Assembly (NCBI GenBank): GCA_029856045.1
Contig: JAHQWG010000012.1
Span: forward strand, 64,001-128,000
Reading direction: 5' to 3'
Length of the DNA: 64,000 nucleotides
From: Promethearchaeia archaeon
GTDB taxonomy: Archaea; Asgardarchaeota; Lokiarchaeia; Sigyniarchaeales; SOKP01
Positions 47,304 to 57,414 of this stretch are shown one piece after another. Under the pieces are notes generated by a model. It ran no database searches and was not told the DNA's origin. It saw only the letters and a list, made by a program, of their open reading frames with translations. The translations under genes were made by a program, and so were the position numbers. How positions within the stretch are numbered: position 1 is the first letter of the stretch; every line of letters begins with the position of its first letter.

Positions 47304-48986
47304 ATGTCATTAAATATTAGTAGAGAAATTGCTTTAGAAATTATCAATACAAATGAATTTAAACATTGGTTGAAAAACAGAAGATGGTTTGGAGAAAAAA
47401 ATTTACCGGATTTTGATATAAAATTAAATTCTATTTATATTGTTCCAAATGAATTTATAACTCCACATGACTGTGCAATTATATTCACTGTTATTAATAT
47501 AAATTCCAATAAAGAAAGCAATTATTTTCTTCCATTATATATTTTAAAATCTTTCGATTCACTCAATGAGGAGATTAATACCTTAAAATTAATTGAGCAG
47601 AAATGTTTAATATTAGATTTGAGTGAAAAAACAAAAAAGATAATACTTTTTGAAGCTGAATTTTTTCCAGATTTTTGGAAGATTTTGTTTTCAAATTTTA
47701 ATAAATTAGGAGAGATAAATTGCGAAATATTTTCTGAAAAATTTAAAAATCTCTTATTAGATGATTTTCAAGTTAAAATAAAAGAATTAGGTGATGCAAA
47801 GACTACAAATATTGTTTTAAATTTGGAGATTGATAAACCAAATGATAAAAATGACACTGGAAGTTTAAATCAGTTGGTAGTAAAATCATACAGAAAATAT
47901 GCTCCACATATTGAAGTAGAAATGCTTAAAACTCTTAATAATAACAGCTTTAATGCGGCTCCTAATATGCTGGGTTTAATTAGTTTTAAAGAATATAATG
48001 TTCTTAATTTTATGAATTTTATAGAGAATGACGGAGATGTTGGTCTTATTTATTGGAATGAATTGAATGACCTTTTTGATTTTTACTTAAATAATCCTGA
48101 CGAATTAAATGAATATAATTTCAAGAAAAATATAAACCAAATAGAGTTAAAATTAAAAGAATATTGTAGAAATTCAATACAATTTAGTGGAAAACTTGGA
48201 GATTTTCTTAAATATTTGCATCAATGTCTTATCAATAACGAATCAAATGAATTTAGGTTAGAAAAAATAGATCAGGAAACAGTAACTTTAATATTAAATC
48301 AATTTAAGAGTCTTTTATCTGATATAATAAACGGTTTAAATCTTAGTAAAGAATTAGAAATTATAAAGAGTGAAGAAATTATTGCGATTTTAGTAAACAT
48401 ATCCTCAATAATGGACAATAAAGATTATTTTTTAAAAATAAAAGATGTTAAAACACAAAGAATTCATCAAGATTTACACATGGCCCAAATTTTAATTAGC
48501 AAGTTGGAAGGAAACTCGGAACTTATTATTACTGATTTTGAGGGAGATCCTCAATTATCTATTATGGAACAAAAAAGAAAATATCCAATTGAAAAAGATC
48601 TCGCCTCCCTTCTCAGATCACTTGATTATATTAAACTTCTCTCCCTAATTGGTGTAATAAAATATTATATAAAAGAAACCTCTGACCAGATATCTAAAAA
48701 AATTTTATTATCTTTATACAAAGAACAGAAGCCGACAGCATTATCGGAAAAAGATTATATTTTTCTTAAAAATCTTGTGAATATTGGAGATTTCTGGCAA
48801 TCTCATATATCCAATTTAATCTCTATTGCATATTATAAATCTGAAGAATTATACCAAATGAAAAAATTCCTTATAAATTTCTTTTCAATTCAAAGATGTT
48901 TGATGGAACTTCTCTACGAAATCAAATTTAGACCTGAAAATATCATGATCCCATTCTTAGGGTTAAAAAAAATCTTGCTAAAGTAA
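47304..48986 (+). CDS. Maltokinase (Mak/Pep2)-like kinase
   Basis: RRWFG, QRIHQDLHMAQIL, DFEGDP, DLASLLRSLDY, ELLYEI..RP....IP. Confidence 0.8.
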   Translation: MSLNISREIALEIINTNEFKHWLKNRRWFGEKNLPDFDIKLNSIYIVPNEFITPHDCAIIFTVININSNKESNYFLPLYILKSFDSLNEEINTLKLIEQKCLILDLSEKTKKIILFEAEFFPDFWKILFSNFNKLGEINCEIFSEKFKNLLLDDFQVKIKELGDAKTTNIVLNLEIDKPNDKNDTGSLNQLVVKSYRKYAPHIEVEMLKTLNNNSFNAAPNMLGLISFKEYNVLNFMNFIENDGDVGLIYWNELNDLFDFYLNNPDELNEYNFKKNINQIELKLKEYCRNSIQFSGKLGDFLKYLHQCLINNESNEFRLEKIDQETVTLILNQFKSLLSDIINGLNLSKELEIIKSEEIIAILVNISSIMDNKDYFLKIKDVKTQRIHQDLHMAQILISKLEGNSELIITDFEGDPQLSIMEQKRKYPIEKDLASLLRSLDYIKLLSLIGVIKYYIKETSDQISKKILLSLYKEQKPTALSEKDYIFLKNLVNIGDFWQSHISNLISIAYYKSEELYQMKKFLINFFSIQRCLMELLYEIKFRPENIMIPFLGLKKILLK

Positions 48987-49024
48987 TTCTGATAATTTTA
49001 ATAAATAAATTATATATAATTTAT

Positions 49025-50413
49025 TTAATCTAATTTTTCTGCTATATATGGTTTCAAAGATTTTATTGCGATTGCGTAAAGAGGAATTACGGATAATTCA
49101 ATAAATATTGAAATTATGAAAGGAGCTTTTGGACCTAAACTATCCCAGGCTAATCCCCCTAAAATCGGGCCCAAAATAGCACCTAATAAACTTAACCACT
49201 GAGCTGCTCCAAAAATTTTTCCACGATGGATTTTTGATATTCGACTGAGAACCTTTTGTAAAACTAAATTACCACCCCAGGCAAAAGTTGAATCAAATAG
49301 TAATATTATACCAAACATTAATCCAGATGTAGAATTAATTATTAACCACGTCACAAATGCACCTAATCCACTCACAACAGCAATTCCTAATATTGGATTT
49401 ACTTTATCAGCAATTTTTCCTATTTTAGAAGCAAATAATTGAGATAATACTTGACTAGGAAAATAAATTAACATTACAAGTGTAGGGTTCTCAATTTTTA
49501 ACTCTTGTATCAAATAGACTTGAAAAAATGGATATGCTAATTCTGAATTCATATTACTTGTCATAAAAGCAATACTCAATACAAAAAAACCGATAAAAAA
49601 TCCAATTGCTAAATTATTCCTTGATTTAAAAAGAGAATCTTGTTTCACAGGCTCTTGAGAAATAATGGTTGGTTCGACTGAAGATGGAAATAAATTAAAA
49701 ATATGCTTTTCATATGTGAGTTCCTCATTAACTTTACGATGAAAAATTATCCCTCCAAAAATATTAGATATAGCAAATAATAATAGTGGGCTGTAAACTA
49801 AAAAAAGATTTTCAGGAATAAAGAAATTTGCTAAACCAAAGATAGTAAAACTAATAATTGATCCAATGAGGTTTCCTTTTCCTATCATTGCAACCCTTTT
49901 ACCGAATGCAAAAGAACGATTATCTTTATTTGATTTTTCGGAAATTAATGTATCTAATGGTGTCCAAAAAAATCCAACAAAAAATCCCAAAACAAACATT
50001 CCAATAGTAAAGATCAATAAAGAAGAAAATAAAATACCCACATACATTAATATATAGCATGCGGCACGCCCAATACTCCCTATTAGGACCAAAACCTTTT
50101 TTGAGACACGATCAGTTAAATAACCAATAATCGGAGCACTAATTAACCCACCCATTATTTGTATTGAAAATGTAAAACCTAATTGCAAACCTGAAGCTCC
50201 AAGTAATTGCACTGTTATATATGGTATTAAAAATGAAAAAAAGAAAAATCCCATACTATTCCAAAAGATAATTCGAATCATAGGAACAAAATCTGGAGTA
50301 ATCTTTACCTGGATTTTATCTTCTTGAGGATTCCCTCCAGAATTAATTCGTTTTGTCTCTTTTGATATATGTTTAGAATTAGAATGATTCTTAGTATCAA
50401 TATTATTAAACAA
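49025..50413 (-). CDS. MFS transporter
   Basis: About 12 TM segments, GYLTDRVSKK and GKIADKV loop motifs. Confidence 0.9.
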   Translation of the reverse strand: MFNNIDTKNHSNSKHISKETKRINSGGNPQEDKIQVKITPDFVPMIRIIFWNSMGFFFFSFLIPYITVQLLGASGLQLGFTFSIQIMGGLISAPIIGYLTDRVSKKVLVLIGSIGRAACYILMYVGILFSSLLIFTIGMFVLGFFVGFFWTPLDTLISEKSNKDNRSFAFGKRVAMIGKGNLIGSIISFTIFGLANFFIPENLFLVYSPLLLFAISNIFGGIIFHRKVNEELTYEKHIFNLFPSSVEPTIISQEPVKQDSLFKSRNNLAIGFFIGFFVLSIAFMTSNMNSELAYPFFQVYLIQELKIENPTLVMLIYFPSQVLSQLFASKIGKIADKVNPILGIAVVSGLGAFVTWLIINSTSGLMFGIILLFDSTFAWGGNLVLQKVLSRISKIHRGKIFGAAQWLSLLGAILGPILGGLAWDSLGPKAPFIISIFIELSVIPLYAIAIKSLKPYIAEKLD

Positions 50414-50614
50414 TTAAAAAAGCTCCCTTAAGACTATTATATTTAACAAAGAGCCTTTTCCTAAAAAGTTCATTATTTAACTCATAACTAAAATTTATAG
50501 AATAAATCGAAACAACATAATTTAGAGCAAATAATGATACTAATCAAAAACGCCACTTGTTAAATAAAATTTAGATGGAAATTGGAATAAAAACAAAGAT
50601 TTCTCAAAAGAATA

Positions 50615-51205
50615 CTATTCCTCTCTCAAATGCATAAATGTAAAGGTATAATAACCACTTGGAGCGTTTTCAAATTTGCCAAAAACTCTCTCATATTCTT
50701 TTTTTATCTTATCAGACGAAACATTTTCGCTTAAAAATCGCATCGGCATTTTTTTTTCATTCACTAAACGATAACAAAATGACTTTACAAAATTTTCAGG
50801 TCCAAATTCATGAGGTATCTGAATATTTCTGTTACTGTCAAGAATTAGTAAAAACCAACCTAATCTATTGCATAATTTTAATTTGTATTCTAAACTGAAA
50901 TCTCCCTTAATTCTGCATATATCATTCACATATAAAGCCATATCATCACCGAGATCCATTTGAGATATTTCATCCAATTTTGATAATATATTATGAATAG
51001 TCTCCTGCTTTAAGACCATTAAAGATCGATTATTATATCCCCGTATTGTTCCATCATTATGTATTGCTAAGATTTCAGCTAAATTCAGGAAATTTCTTAT
51101 TACACTACCTTTCTTATCATTTAGTATTTTTTCAGAAATAAATTTCAGTTGTTTTATCAAATCAGAACTAATTCTTACTGTTATAGGCTTTTTTTCTGTA
51201 CTCAT
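50615..51205 (-). CDS. Protein with N-terminal ribbon-helix-helix DNA-binding domain
   Basis: KKPITVRISSDL...KKGSVIR; C-terminal domain unassigned. Confidence 0.6.
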   Translation of the reverse strand: MSTEKKPITVRISSDLIKQLKFISEKILNDKKGSVIRNFLNLAEILAIHNDGTIRGYNNRSLMVLKQETIHNILSKLDEISQMDLGDDMALYVNDICRIKGDFSLEYKLKLCNRLGWFLLILDSNRNIQIPHEFGPENFVKSFCYRLVNEKKMPMRFLSENVSSDKIKKEYERVFGKFENAPSGYYTFTFMHLREE

Positions 51206-51486
51206 AATTTTTTAATATGAATTTATACATATATACTTTTGTAGAGATCATACACATAAAATTACAAAGTCTTCAAAAAGAATTTTAAGATATAGCCAAA
51301 AATGATAATTTAAAATATAAGTTGTATTATATTTATTCCTTATAATTTCCCATTTTTGTGGAAAATAATTAACATTAATTTAAATATTAGAATTTGTATA
51401 TAATTTTTTCCCAAAAAAGTATTTATTTGAATAAGAAATTATTTATAAAAATATGTAGTCTTTTAGCATATTTTTTATTAAAATGA

Positions 51487-51535
51487 TGACAATCGTGACA
51501 TTTGTTACATTTGATGCGACGAAAAACCTTTAAAT
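51487..51535 (+). promoter_or_regulatory. Three 9-bp imperfect direct repeats followed by BRE/TATA-like element
   Basis: TGACAATCG TGACATTTG TTACATTTG (51487-51513), then GAAAAACCTTTAAAT (51521-51535), upstream of the ArsR-type gene. Confidence 0.5.
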
Positions 51536-51601
51536 CTTAAGAGAATATTAATTTGATTGTAATATAAATAGTAAATCTTGATTAAGGGTTAAAATTATAA
51601 A

Positions 51602-51940
51602 ATGGAATTTACAGAAACGGTTTCTTTTAAAGAAGTCTTGGATAGTATTGAGCAAGATCTTAAAATAGATGATGATGAAAAAATTGAATTAATTTCAAAA
51701 GCTCTATCGAGTCAAACAAGACGAGATATTATACGCCTTATTAGAAATCAATCAAGAAATGGTGAGTTAATTGATGTTTCATCAATTGCGGGCATATTAA
51801 ATATGACAGAAGCAAACATTTCCGCACAGATTAAACGACTTGAGAAGGCAGGATTGATTCGATGTTATTATATGCCTGGGCATCATGGTGTAAAGAAAAT
51901 TTCTCAAATGACATATAAAAAAATCATTTTTAGTATCTAG
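51602..51940 (+). CDS. ArsR-family winged-helix regulator
   Basis: KALSSQTRRDII, IA..LNMTEANISAQIKRLEKAGLI. Confidence 0.88.
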   Translation: MEFTETVSFKEVLDSIEQDLKIDDDEKIELISKALSSQTRRDIIRLIRNQSRNGELIDVSSIAGILNMTEANISAQIKRLEKAGLIRCYYMPGHHGVKKISQMTYKKIIFSI

Positions 51941-52064
51941 TCCTATTAATCTTTCAATTCAGGGGGAAATTCCGATTCTTTCTCCATTTTAATATTATTT
52001 TTAAATTCGATTTGATTTTTTATTTTACGGTAGAGATTATTAATGTAATTAAGATATTATCAAT

Positions 52065-52757
52065 TTAATTTACGTTCTCTTTTGTTTTAGAGTATCTAGT
52101 CTTTATATCTTTGAGTACAATTCGTCTCGTTCCTGGTTTCATTAATCTTAAACCATATACTAATTCAATGAAATTTACAATCATATGGGAGGTTGCTCCA
52201 AATATTACATACTTTTTATTATTTGCTTTATAATTATATTTTCCTACGGCAATGGTGTCACCTCTAAGCTTATATGTTCTCTCAAGATAATTTTTTTTAT
52301 TTACCAAAAATGAAATTGGGACCTTTATAATTTCTTGTACCTCATCGTCATTTTTAACCATATTTTGTAATTTATCAATAAATCCAACAAAAGGAGTTAT
52401 CGTATGTCCTTTCGGTGTAATAACATCGTCAATACATCCCATTATATGAACTTTATCTCTTGGGATACCTAATTCTTCTTCAGTCTCTCTTAACGCTGTT
52501 TCTTCATATGTGTCATCTATTTGAGGTTCATATAATCCTCCGGGAAAGGCCATTTCTCCAGCATATCTATCGGTAGGTCTATGTGTACGTCTAATTAAAA
52601 CTAAATTATAAGGTTTATAGTTATAAGGAATAATCAATAATAATACAACTGAATCTATAAGATAATTCTCTTTAAGAGAGAGTCTAAAAGGTGAATTAAA
52701 TTTTTTTAACCTATTTTTAACTAAATCTTCATTAAATACTAAATTCATGAATATCAA
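52065..52757 (-). CDS. Nudix CoA pyrophosphatase-like hydrolase
   Basis: GEMAFPGG, TALRETEEELG, ITPFVG, N.DEV, IFGAT. Confidence 0.88.
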   Translation of the reverse strand: MIFMNLVFNEDLVKNRLKKFNSPFRLSLKENYLIDSVVLLLIIPYNYKPYNLVLIRRTHRPTDRYAGEMAFPGGLYEPQIDDTYEETALRETEEELGIPRDKVHIMGCIDDVITPKGHTITPFVGFIDKLQNMVKNDDEVQEIIKVPISFLVNKKNYLERTYKLRGDTIAVGKYNYKANNKKYVIFGATSHMIVNFIELVYGLRLMKPGTRRIVLKDIKTRYSKTKENVN

Positions 52758-52829
52758 TATTATTCTTTAAAATAATTGCGTTTATTAACATAATTTAGAT
52801 TGAAGAGTTATGTGTATATGTACATTAAA

Positions 52830-54038
52830 TTAAAATTCTACTTTTTCCTCAAATTTCAACTCTTTTCCGCAGCTTTTACACCTTGAATCTATCAATTTTT
52901 CAAAGCATTTTGTATGGTATAATGCATTACATTTGTAATTGCCACATTTAATTATATCTTGTTCTTCCTCAAATATCATATTACATACAGGGCAGGAGCT
53001 ATATAATGCCTCATCACCTAACTGTGAAGAAGTTGTCCTTTTTGCATAAAAAACATCACTTGTTTCAGATTTAGAAATCAGACTTGGTTTTCTTAATGCT
53101 TGCAGTTTTGTAATTTGCTGAACCTCTACTGGAATTTTTAGAAGATAAAAACAATGAGGACAACGAAAAGCTCCTGAAGCTTTTAATTTATCATCAGATA
53201 AACTTGCCGCGTAAGCCGTGGCACAGTGGAGGTGCATAGGGATTTGGCAGTCAGGACAATATCTTCCCTCTGTAAAGAATGTTCCTCCACAATATGGACA
53301 TATATCAGAAAAACAAATAGAACATTTTTTATAATCCACTTCTCCGCGAATTTGTTTTATCCGTTCTTGTTGGTCTTTGGTTAAATCCTGTGTTCTCAAG
53401 AGAGAGGCAGCAATTTTACGTAAGAATGCTGGATTTTCAATAGTGGACTTGATATCTATTGTACCACTTACTACATTTGATGTTGCCATCACTTTAGCTG
53501 AATTAAGCATACTATCTGAATCATTATTATAAAAGTATTGACCTTTAGTGACCTCTGATAATCTTTTTAATATATTAAAATGGGTTAATTCACCCAATAT
53601 TATTGTATCTATCTTTATATTTAACTTACTTGCTAAATTAGCCATCTTTAAAGGATCAATTGACGTCTTTGTATAATTACCATCAGAAATTATTAAAATT
53701 CGAGGCACCTTAGCACTAATTTTTCTTAGCTCTCCTATTTGTTTTTGGATTCCGAGAGCGAGAGTATCCCCCAGAGTGGATTTTCCCTCAAATTTTATAT
53801 TGTTTAAATTTTTAATTATTACTTCTTCATTGCTATTGAAATCCAAAACAAGTTTAGGATTATCAGATATCGTTATGATAGCAAAAGATGTTGATGGATC
53901 TTTTTGAAGTCTTGTAGAAACTAGGACTTGTAGAGCCTTTTTACAAGATTCTAATCTATTTGGTACGTAATCTTTTCTATACATTGAACGACTAACATCA
54001 AAACATATGATAATATTTTCAGAGACTAGTTGGCTCAT
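52830..54038 (-). CDS. vWA domain (Ssl1/Rpn10-like) fused to two RING/PHD-like zinc fingers
   Basis: DVSRSM..KDYVPNRL, ISDG; CSIC..CPYC..CPDC..H..C..CPHC and CPVC..C....C..H..C..CKSC. Confidence 0.8.
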   Translation of the reverse strand: MSQLVSENIIICFDVSRSMYRKDYVPNRLESCKKALQVLVSTRLQKDPSTSFAIITISDNPKLVLDFNSNEEVIIKNLNNIKFEGKSTLGDTLALGIQKQIGELRKISAKVPRILIISDGNYTKTSIDPLKMANLASKLNIKIDTIILGELTHFNILKRLSEVTKGQYFYNNDSDSMLNSAKVMATSNVVSGTIDIKSTIENPAFLRKIAASLLRTQDLTKDQQERIKQIRGEVDYKKCSICFSDICPYCGGTFFTEGRYCPDCQIPMHLHCATAYAASLSDDKLKASGAFRCPHCFYLLKIPVEVQQITKLQALRKPSLISKSETSDVFYAKRTTSSQLGDEALYSSCPVCNMIFEEEQDIIKCGNYKCNALYHTKCFEKLIDSRCKSCGKELKFEEKVEF

Positions 54039-54412
54039 TTCAATTTTAGAAGAAATCTTTTCAGTTGATTATAAGATATTTTAATGAACTTAGAGGAAAT
54101 TAATCCTTTCAAGTTGTATTTATGAATATAATAGAAATTAAGTTTTATAAAAACTTTTATAAAAAGGGACAAATAAAACGCAGATTGTAAGAAAATACTT
54201 AAGGTTCAATTCTACTCAATATGTTCATTTTTTCTATAAATTTGAATTGAAATAAATTTTACAATTGGAGATAATAAATAGATAAAAATAAAAGGGCTTT
54301 TGATGATTTTTTTTATGATATATTTGCAAATAATTAATATAATTTGTGAATAAATAATATTATTAATATATAATTTAATTTTAAAATAAAACAAATAAAA
54401 TGAATTTAGAAT

Positions 54413-55624
54413 ATGCAAATATCAGGAAATAAGGACATTGAAAAAATAAAGGGTTTTTTCAAATCAAGCATTCTCATTGATGATATTATGGAAATCCTAA
54501 AATATAAAGTGGACTCTCTAATTGGAATTGATACGATTAGTGCAAATATTCTCAAGAAATCGGCAGTGAATACTATTAAAGATCTAGCAGAATTACCTGA
54601 TGAGAAAATTCTTGAAAATAAAGAAATTCCCGCAGATATTTTAGAAAAATGGATAAGCATTGCAAAATTAATCCAGGAATTTATTAGTTCAAGCAGATTT
54701 GCGCAGAAAAAAGTTTTATTGATCGGATTGGATAATGGTGGAAAGACTTCGATCTTAAATGTAATTCAAGATAAATATTCTATGGTTAAAAATATCTTGC
54801 CTACCAGAGGAGTTCAGCGAGAACAGCTAGACTTCTTTGGGTATGGGGTTATTAGCTGGGATTTAGGTGGTCAAATTCAATATCGTGAAAATTTATATTT
54901 TAAAAGACCAGAATTATATTTTTCTGATGCGGATTTACTTTTATACGTTGTTGATGTTCAAGATCCTAAGAGATTCGTAGAGTCCGCAAATTATCTAAAA
55001 ATTGTCCTTCAAACACTCCAGGATTTAACAGAGAATCCTGAGATATTAATTATTCTAAATAAATTTGATCCTGATTTGAAAAATGATAAAACAACTTTAG
55101 CTAATGTTGTATCTGCAAAAACCAAATTTAATACTATGGTAAAAGAATATGGTTTTGAATCTCTTGATTTTGTGAATACTACAATTTTCGAAAGTTTTAC
55201 CATTAAACAAATGTTTTCAGTTGCACTTAAAAAGATCTCCGAGACATCAGAGATTATTGAAAAGATTTTATCTCGATTTTCAGATTCGGTTGAAGGAAGA
55301 GCTATTTCTATTATTTCTACGGATGGACTTATTTTTGGTAGTTTCGCTAAAAATGAAGCAGATGAGATGTTAATTAACAATACTGCTTTGTTGATGCAGA
55401 CTTTATTGAGTTTTCATTCAACTGTTGGATTATTAAGAGAAAATTCGATGGTGCTCGAATATAGGTTAAATAAGTTCTCTATTCGGGGCGAAAAATTATT
55501 TGAGTATAGTGATAAAAAAATTCCAGTTTATCTTTGGTTGTTGAGTGAAAATGTATCACTTTTAGATGAAAAATTAAATTACTTTACCACAGAAATAATG
55601 CCCTTAATAAACTTATTTGTTTAA
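54413..55624 (+). CDS. Arf/Rag-like small GTPase with N-terminal HhH-like and C-terminal roadblock-like domains
   Basis: GLDNGGKTS, PTRG, WDLGGQ, NKFD, TTI; C-terminal AISIISTDGLIFG. Confidence 0.85.
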   Translation: MQISGNKDIEKIKGFFKSSILIDDIMEILKYKVDSLIGIDTISANILKKSAVNTIKDLAELPDEKILENKEIPADILEKWISIAKLIQEFISSSRFAQKKVLLIGLDNGGKTSILNVIQDKYSMVKNILPTRGVQREQLDFFGYGVISWDLGGQIQYRENLYFKRPELYFSDADLLLYVVDVQDPKRFVESANYLKIVLQTLQDLTENPEILIILNKFDPDLKNDKTTLANVVSAKTKFNTMVKEYGFESLDFVNTTIFESFTIKQMFSVALKKISETSEIIEKILSRFSDSVEGRAISIISTDGLIFGSFAKNEADEMLINNTALLMQTLLSFHSTVGLLRENSMVLEYRLNKFSIRGEKLFEYSDKKIPVYLWLLSENVSLLDEKLNYFTTEIMPLINLFV

Positions 55625-55751
55625 TTCGCAAAATTTCTTTTATTTCTTTATTTATTTTTCTAATACCTGAAAATCAAGGATAAAATTTAGTTCAAATTTT
55701 CTAATACTATACAAATCTTAAAAAAAAAAAGTTTAGTAATAGTTAAAATAT

Positions 55752-56261
55752 TTATTTTTTTCTTCCCACTAAAAACGAGCCAACTAATGCAATTACAGCT
55801 CCCGCACACGCAATGAAGAAACCATTACCTAATCGCCAAGTCCATGTTCCTAAAAAATCCACAGTACCAAAAAAAACGTTGTAATCAGCTCCAAACAGCC
55901 ATTCTAAACCAGCGAGGATAGATTCAAAGTGTTCTTCAACATAGAGTGCATAACAGAATAGCGCTAATCCTAAAATCATTAAAAATGAGCACAAAAGTGA
56001 TCCTGCTTTTGATCCCTTTGCTGCAGCTAAAATAACTAAAACAGAACTGGCAACAAACAGTAGTCCCCCGATTAAAAACAATTCTCCTGCAAAATCTCCA
56101 ACTACATTATATCCATATGGATTTAGATAACCTGCATTTGTTCCCCAACCCACATAAGTGACTTCCCACCACCCTAGCGATGGTTCAATAAAGGTTAAGA
56201 TGGCAGCTAAGATACCAATAATTCCACCTATTATTGCTAAAATTTTAGACAAATTTCTCAC
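55752..56261 (-). CDS. Hypothetical four-TM membrane protein
   Basis: Four hydrophobic helices; WW after TM1; LGNGF before TM4. Confidence 0.7.
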   Translation of the reverse strand: MRNLSKILAIIGGIIGILAAILTFIEPSLGWWEVTYVGWGTNAGYLNPYGYNVVGDFAGELFLIGGLLFVASSVLVILAAAKGSKAGSLLCSFLMILGLALFCYALYVEEHFESILAGLEWLFGADYNVFFGTVDFLGTWTWRLGNGFFIACAGAVIALVGSFLVGRKK

Positions 56262-56485
56262 TCATTAATTAAATAATTTATTTCAGTATCACATTAGAAG
56301 TTTTAATTACTTTTTATTATTACTTAAAAAATTTAACCATAAGTTATAAATTAAAATAATGTATGATCGATTTTTTAATAATTATTCATAAATTTTATCT
56401 TTTATCTTTTTTTTATTATAAATAACCATAATAGGATGCTTAGCATATCTTACTTAAAATAAGTTTTTTATAAATATCGCAAAAA

Positions 56486-57340
56486 GTGCAAGAGAAAATG
56501 GAACAAAAAAGTGAAGAAAAAAAAGGACTTACTAATGAAGAAAGAATGGAATTAATAAAATCAAACATGGAGAAGATAAGATACAAAATAGCGATAATTT
56601 CAGGGAAGGGAGGGGTTGGTAAGAGTACGGTTGCAGTGAATTTAGCAATGAAATTGGCAAGCACAGGTTCTGCTGTGGGATTACTTGATATCGACATCAC
56701 AGGTCCCAATGTAGCGAAAATGATTGGATTGAGTCCTGAATTGAAGCCACAGGTAGATCCTAATAAAATGCAATTTTTTCCAATCAATGGACCTCTCAAC
56801 ATTAAAGTCATGAGCATGGCATTCTTAATTGATGATAGTGATAGTCCGGTAATTTGGCGAGGACCAATGAAAATGAGCGCAACACGGCAATTTCTTGGGG
56901 ATGCACAATGGGGTTATTTGGATTATTTAGTAATCGATTTGCCACCAGGTACCGGGGATGAGACTTTAGATATATTACAATTGATACCAGATGTTCATAT
57001 TATTATTGTTACAACACCTCAAGAAGTAGCACTGATGGATTCTAGAAAAACCATTAAGATGTCTCTTATCATGAATAGAGATGTAATAGGAATTATAGAG
57101 AATATGTCAGGTTATATTTGCTCCGAGTGTGGCCATAAAGTCGATTTATTTGGGAAAGGAGGTGGAGAAAAAGCGGCAAAAGATTTTAATGTGCCTCTTT
57201 TGGGTCAAATTCCTCTAGATCCAAATATTAGAGTAACTGGTGACTCAGGATTACCATTCATAGTTCAATATCCAGATTCTCCAGCCTCAAAAGCTTTTAC
57301 AGAATCAGTAAATAAAATTAAGGATATCTTAGAGAAATAA
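56486..57340 (+). CDS. apbC: Mrp/NBP35 (ApbC) Fe-S cluster carrier ATPase
   Basis: SGKGGVGKST, DIDITGP, WRGP, DLPPGTGD, VTTPQ, ENMS..CSEC. Confidence 0.95.
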   Translation: MQEKMEQKSEEKKGLTNEERMELIKSNMEKIRYKIAIISGKGGVGKSTVAVNLAMKLASTGSAVGLLDIDITGPNVAKMIGLSPELKPQVDPNKMQFFPINGPLNIKVMSMAFLIDDSDSPVIWRGPMKMSATRQFLGDAQWGYLDYLVIDLPPGTGDETLDILQLIPDVHIIIVTTPQEVALMDSRKTIKMSLIMNRDVIGIIENMSGYICSECGHKVDLFGKGGGEKAAKDFNVPLLGQIPLDPNIRVTGDSGLPFIVQYPDSPASKAFTESVNKIKDILEK

Positions 57341-57414
57341 TTTCTTCTTTTTTTTTTATTACTCTTTTGAAAATAATCTAATTATAATAAAAAAAAAGAA
57401 TAAAAAATGTAAAT

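Noticed and set aside
50534-50563. MILIKNAT, resembling an amidohydrolase N-terminus
   Set aside because: Only 8-9 codons; could be chance.
51962-51990. Short GGGGAAA...TTTCTCC hairpin between convergent genes
   Set aside because: 7-bp stem with a G-U pair; archaeal termination mostly uses U-tracts, so it cannot be called.
54212-54418. 68-aa I/K/Y-rich ORF
   Set aside because: Composition reflects AT-rich promoter DNA between divergent genes.
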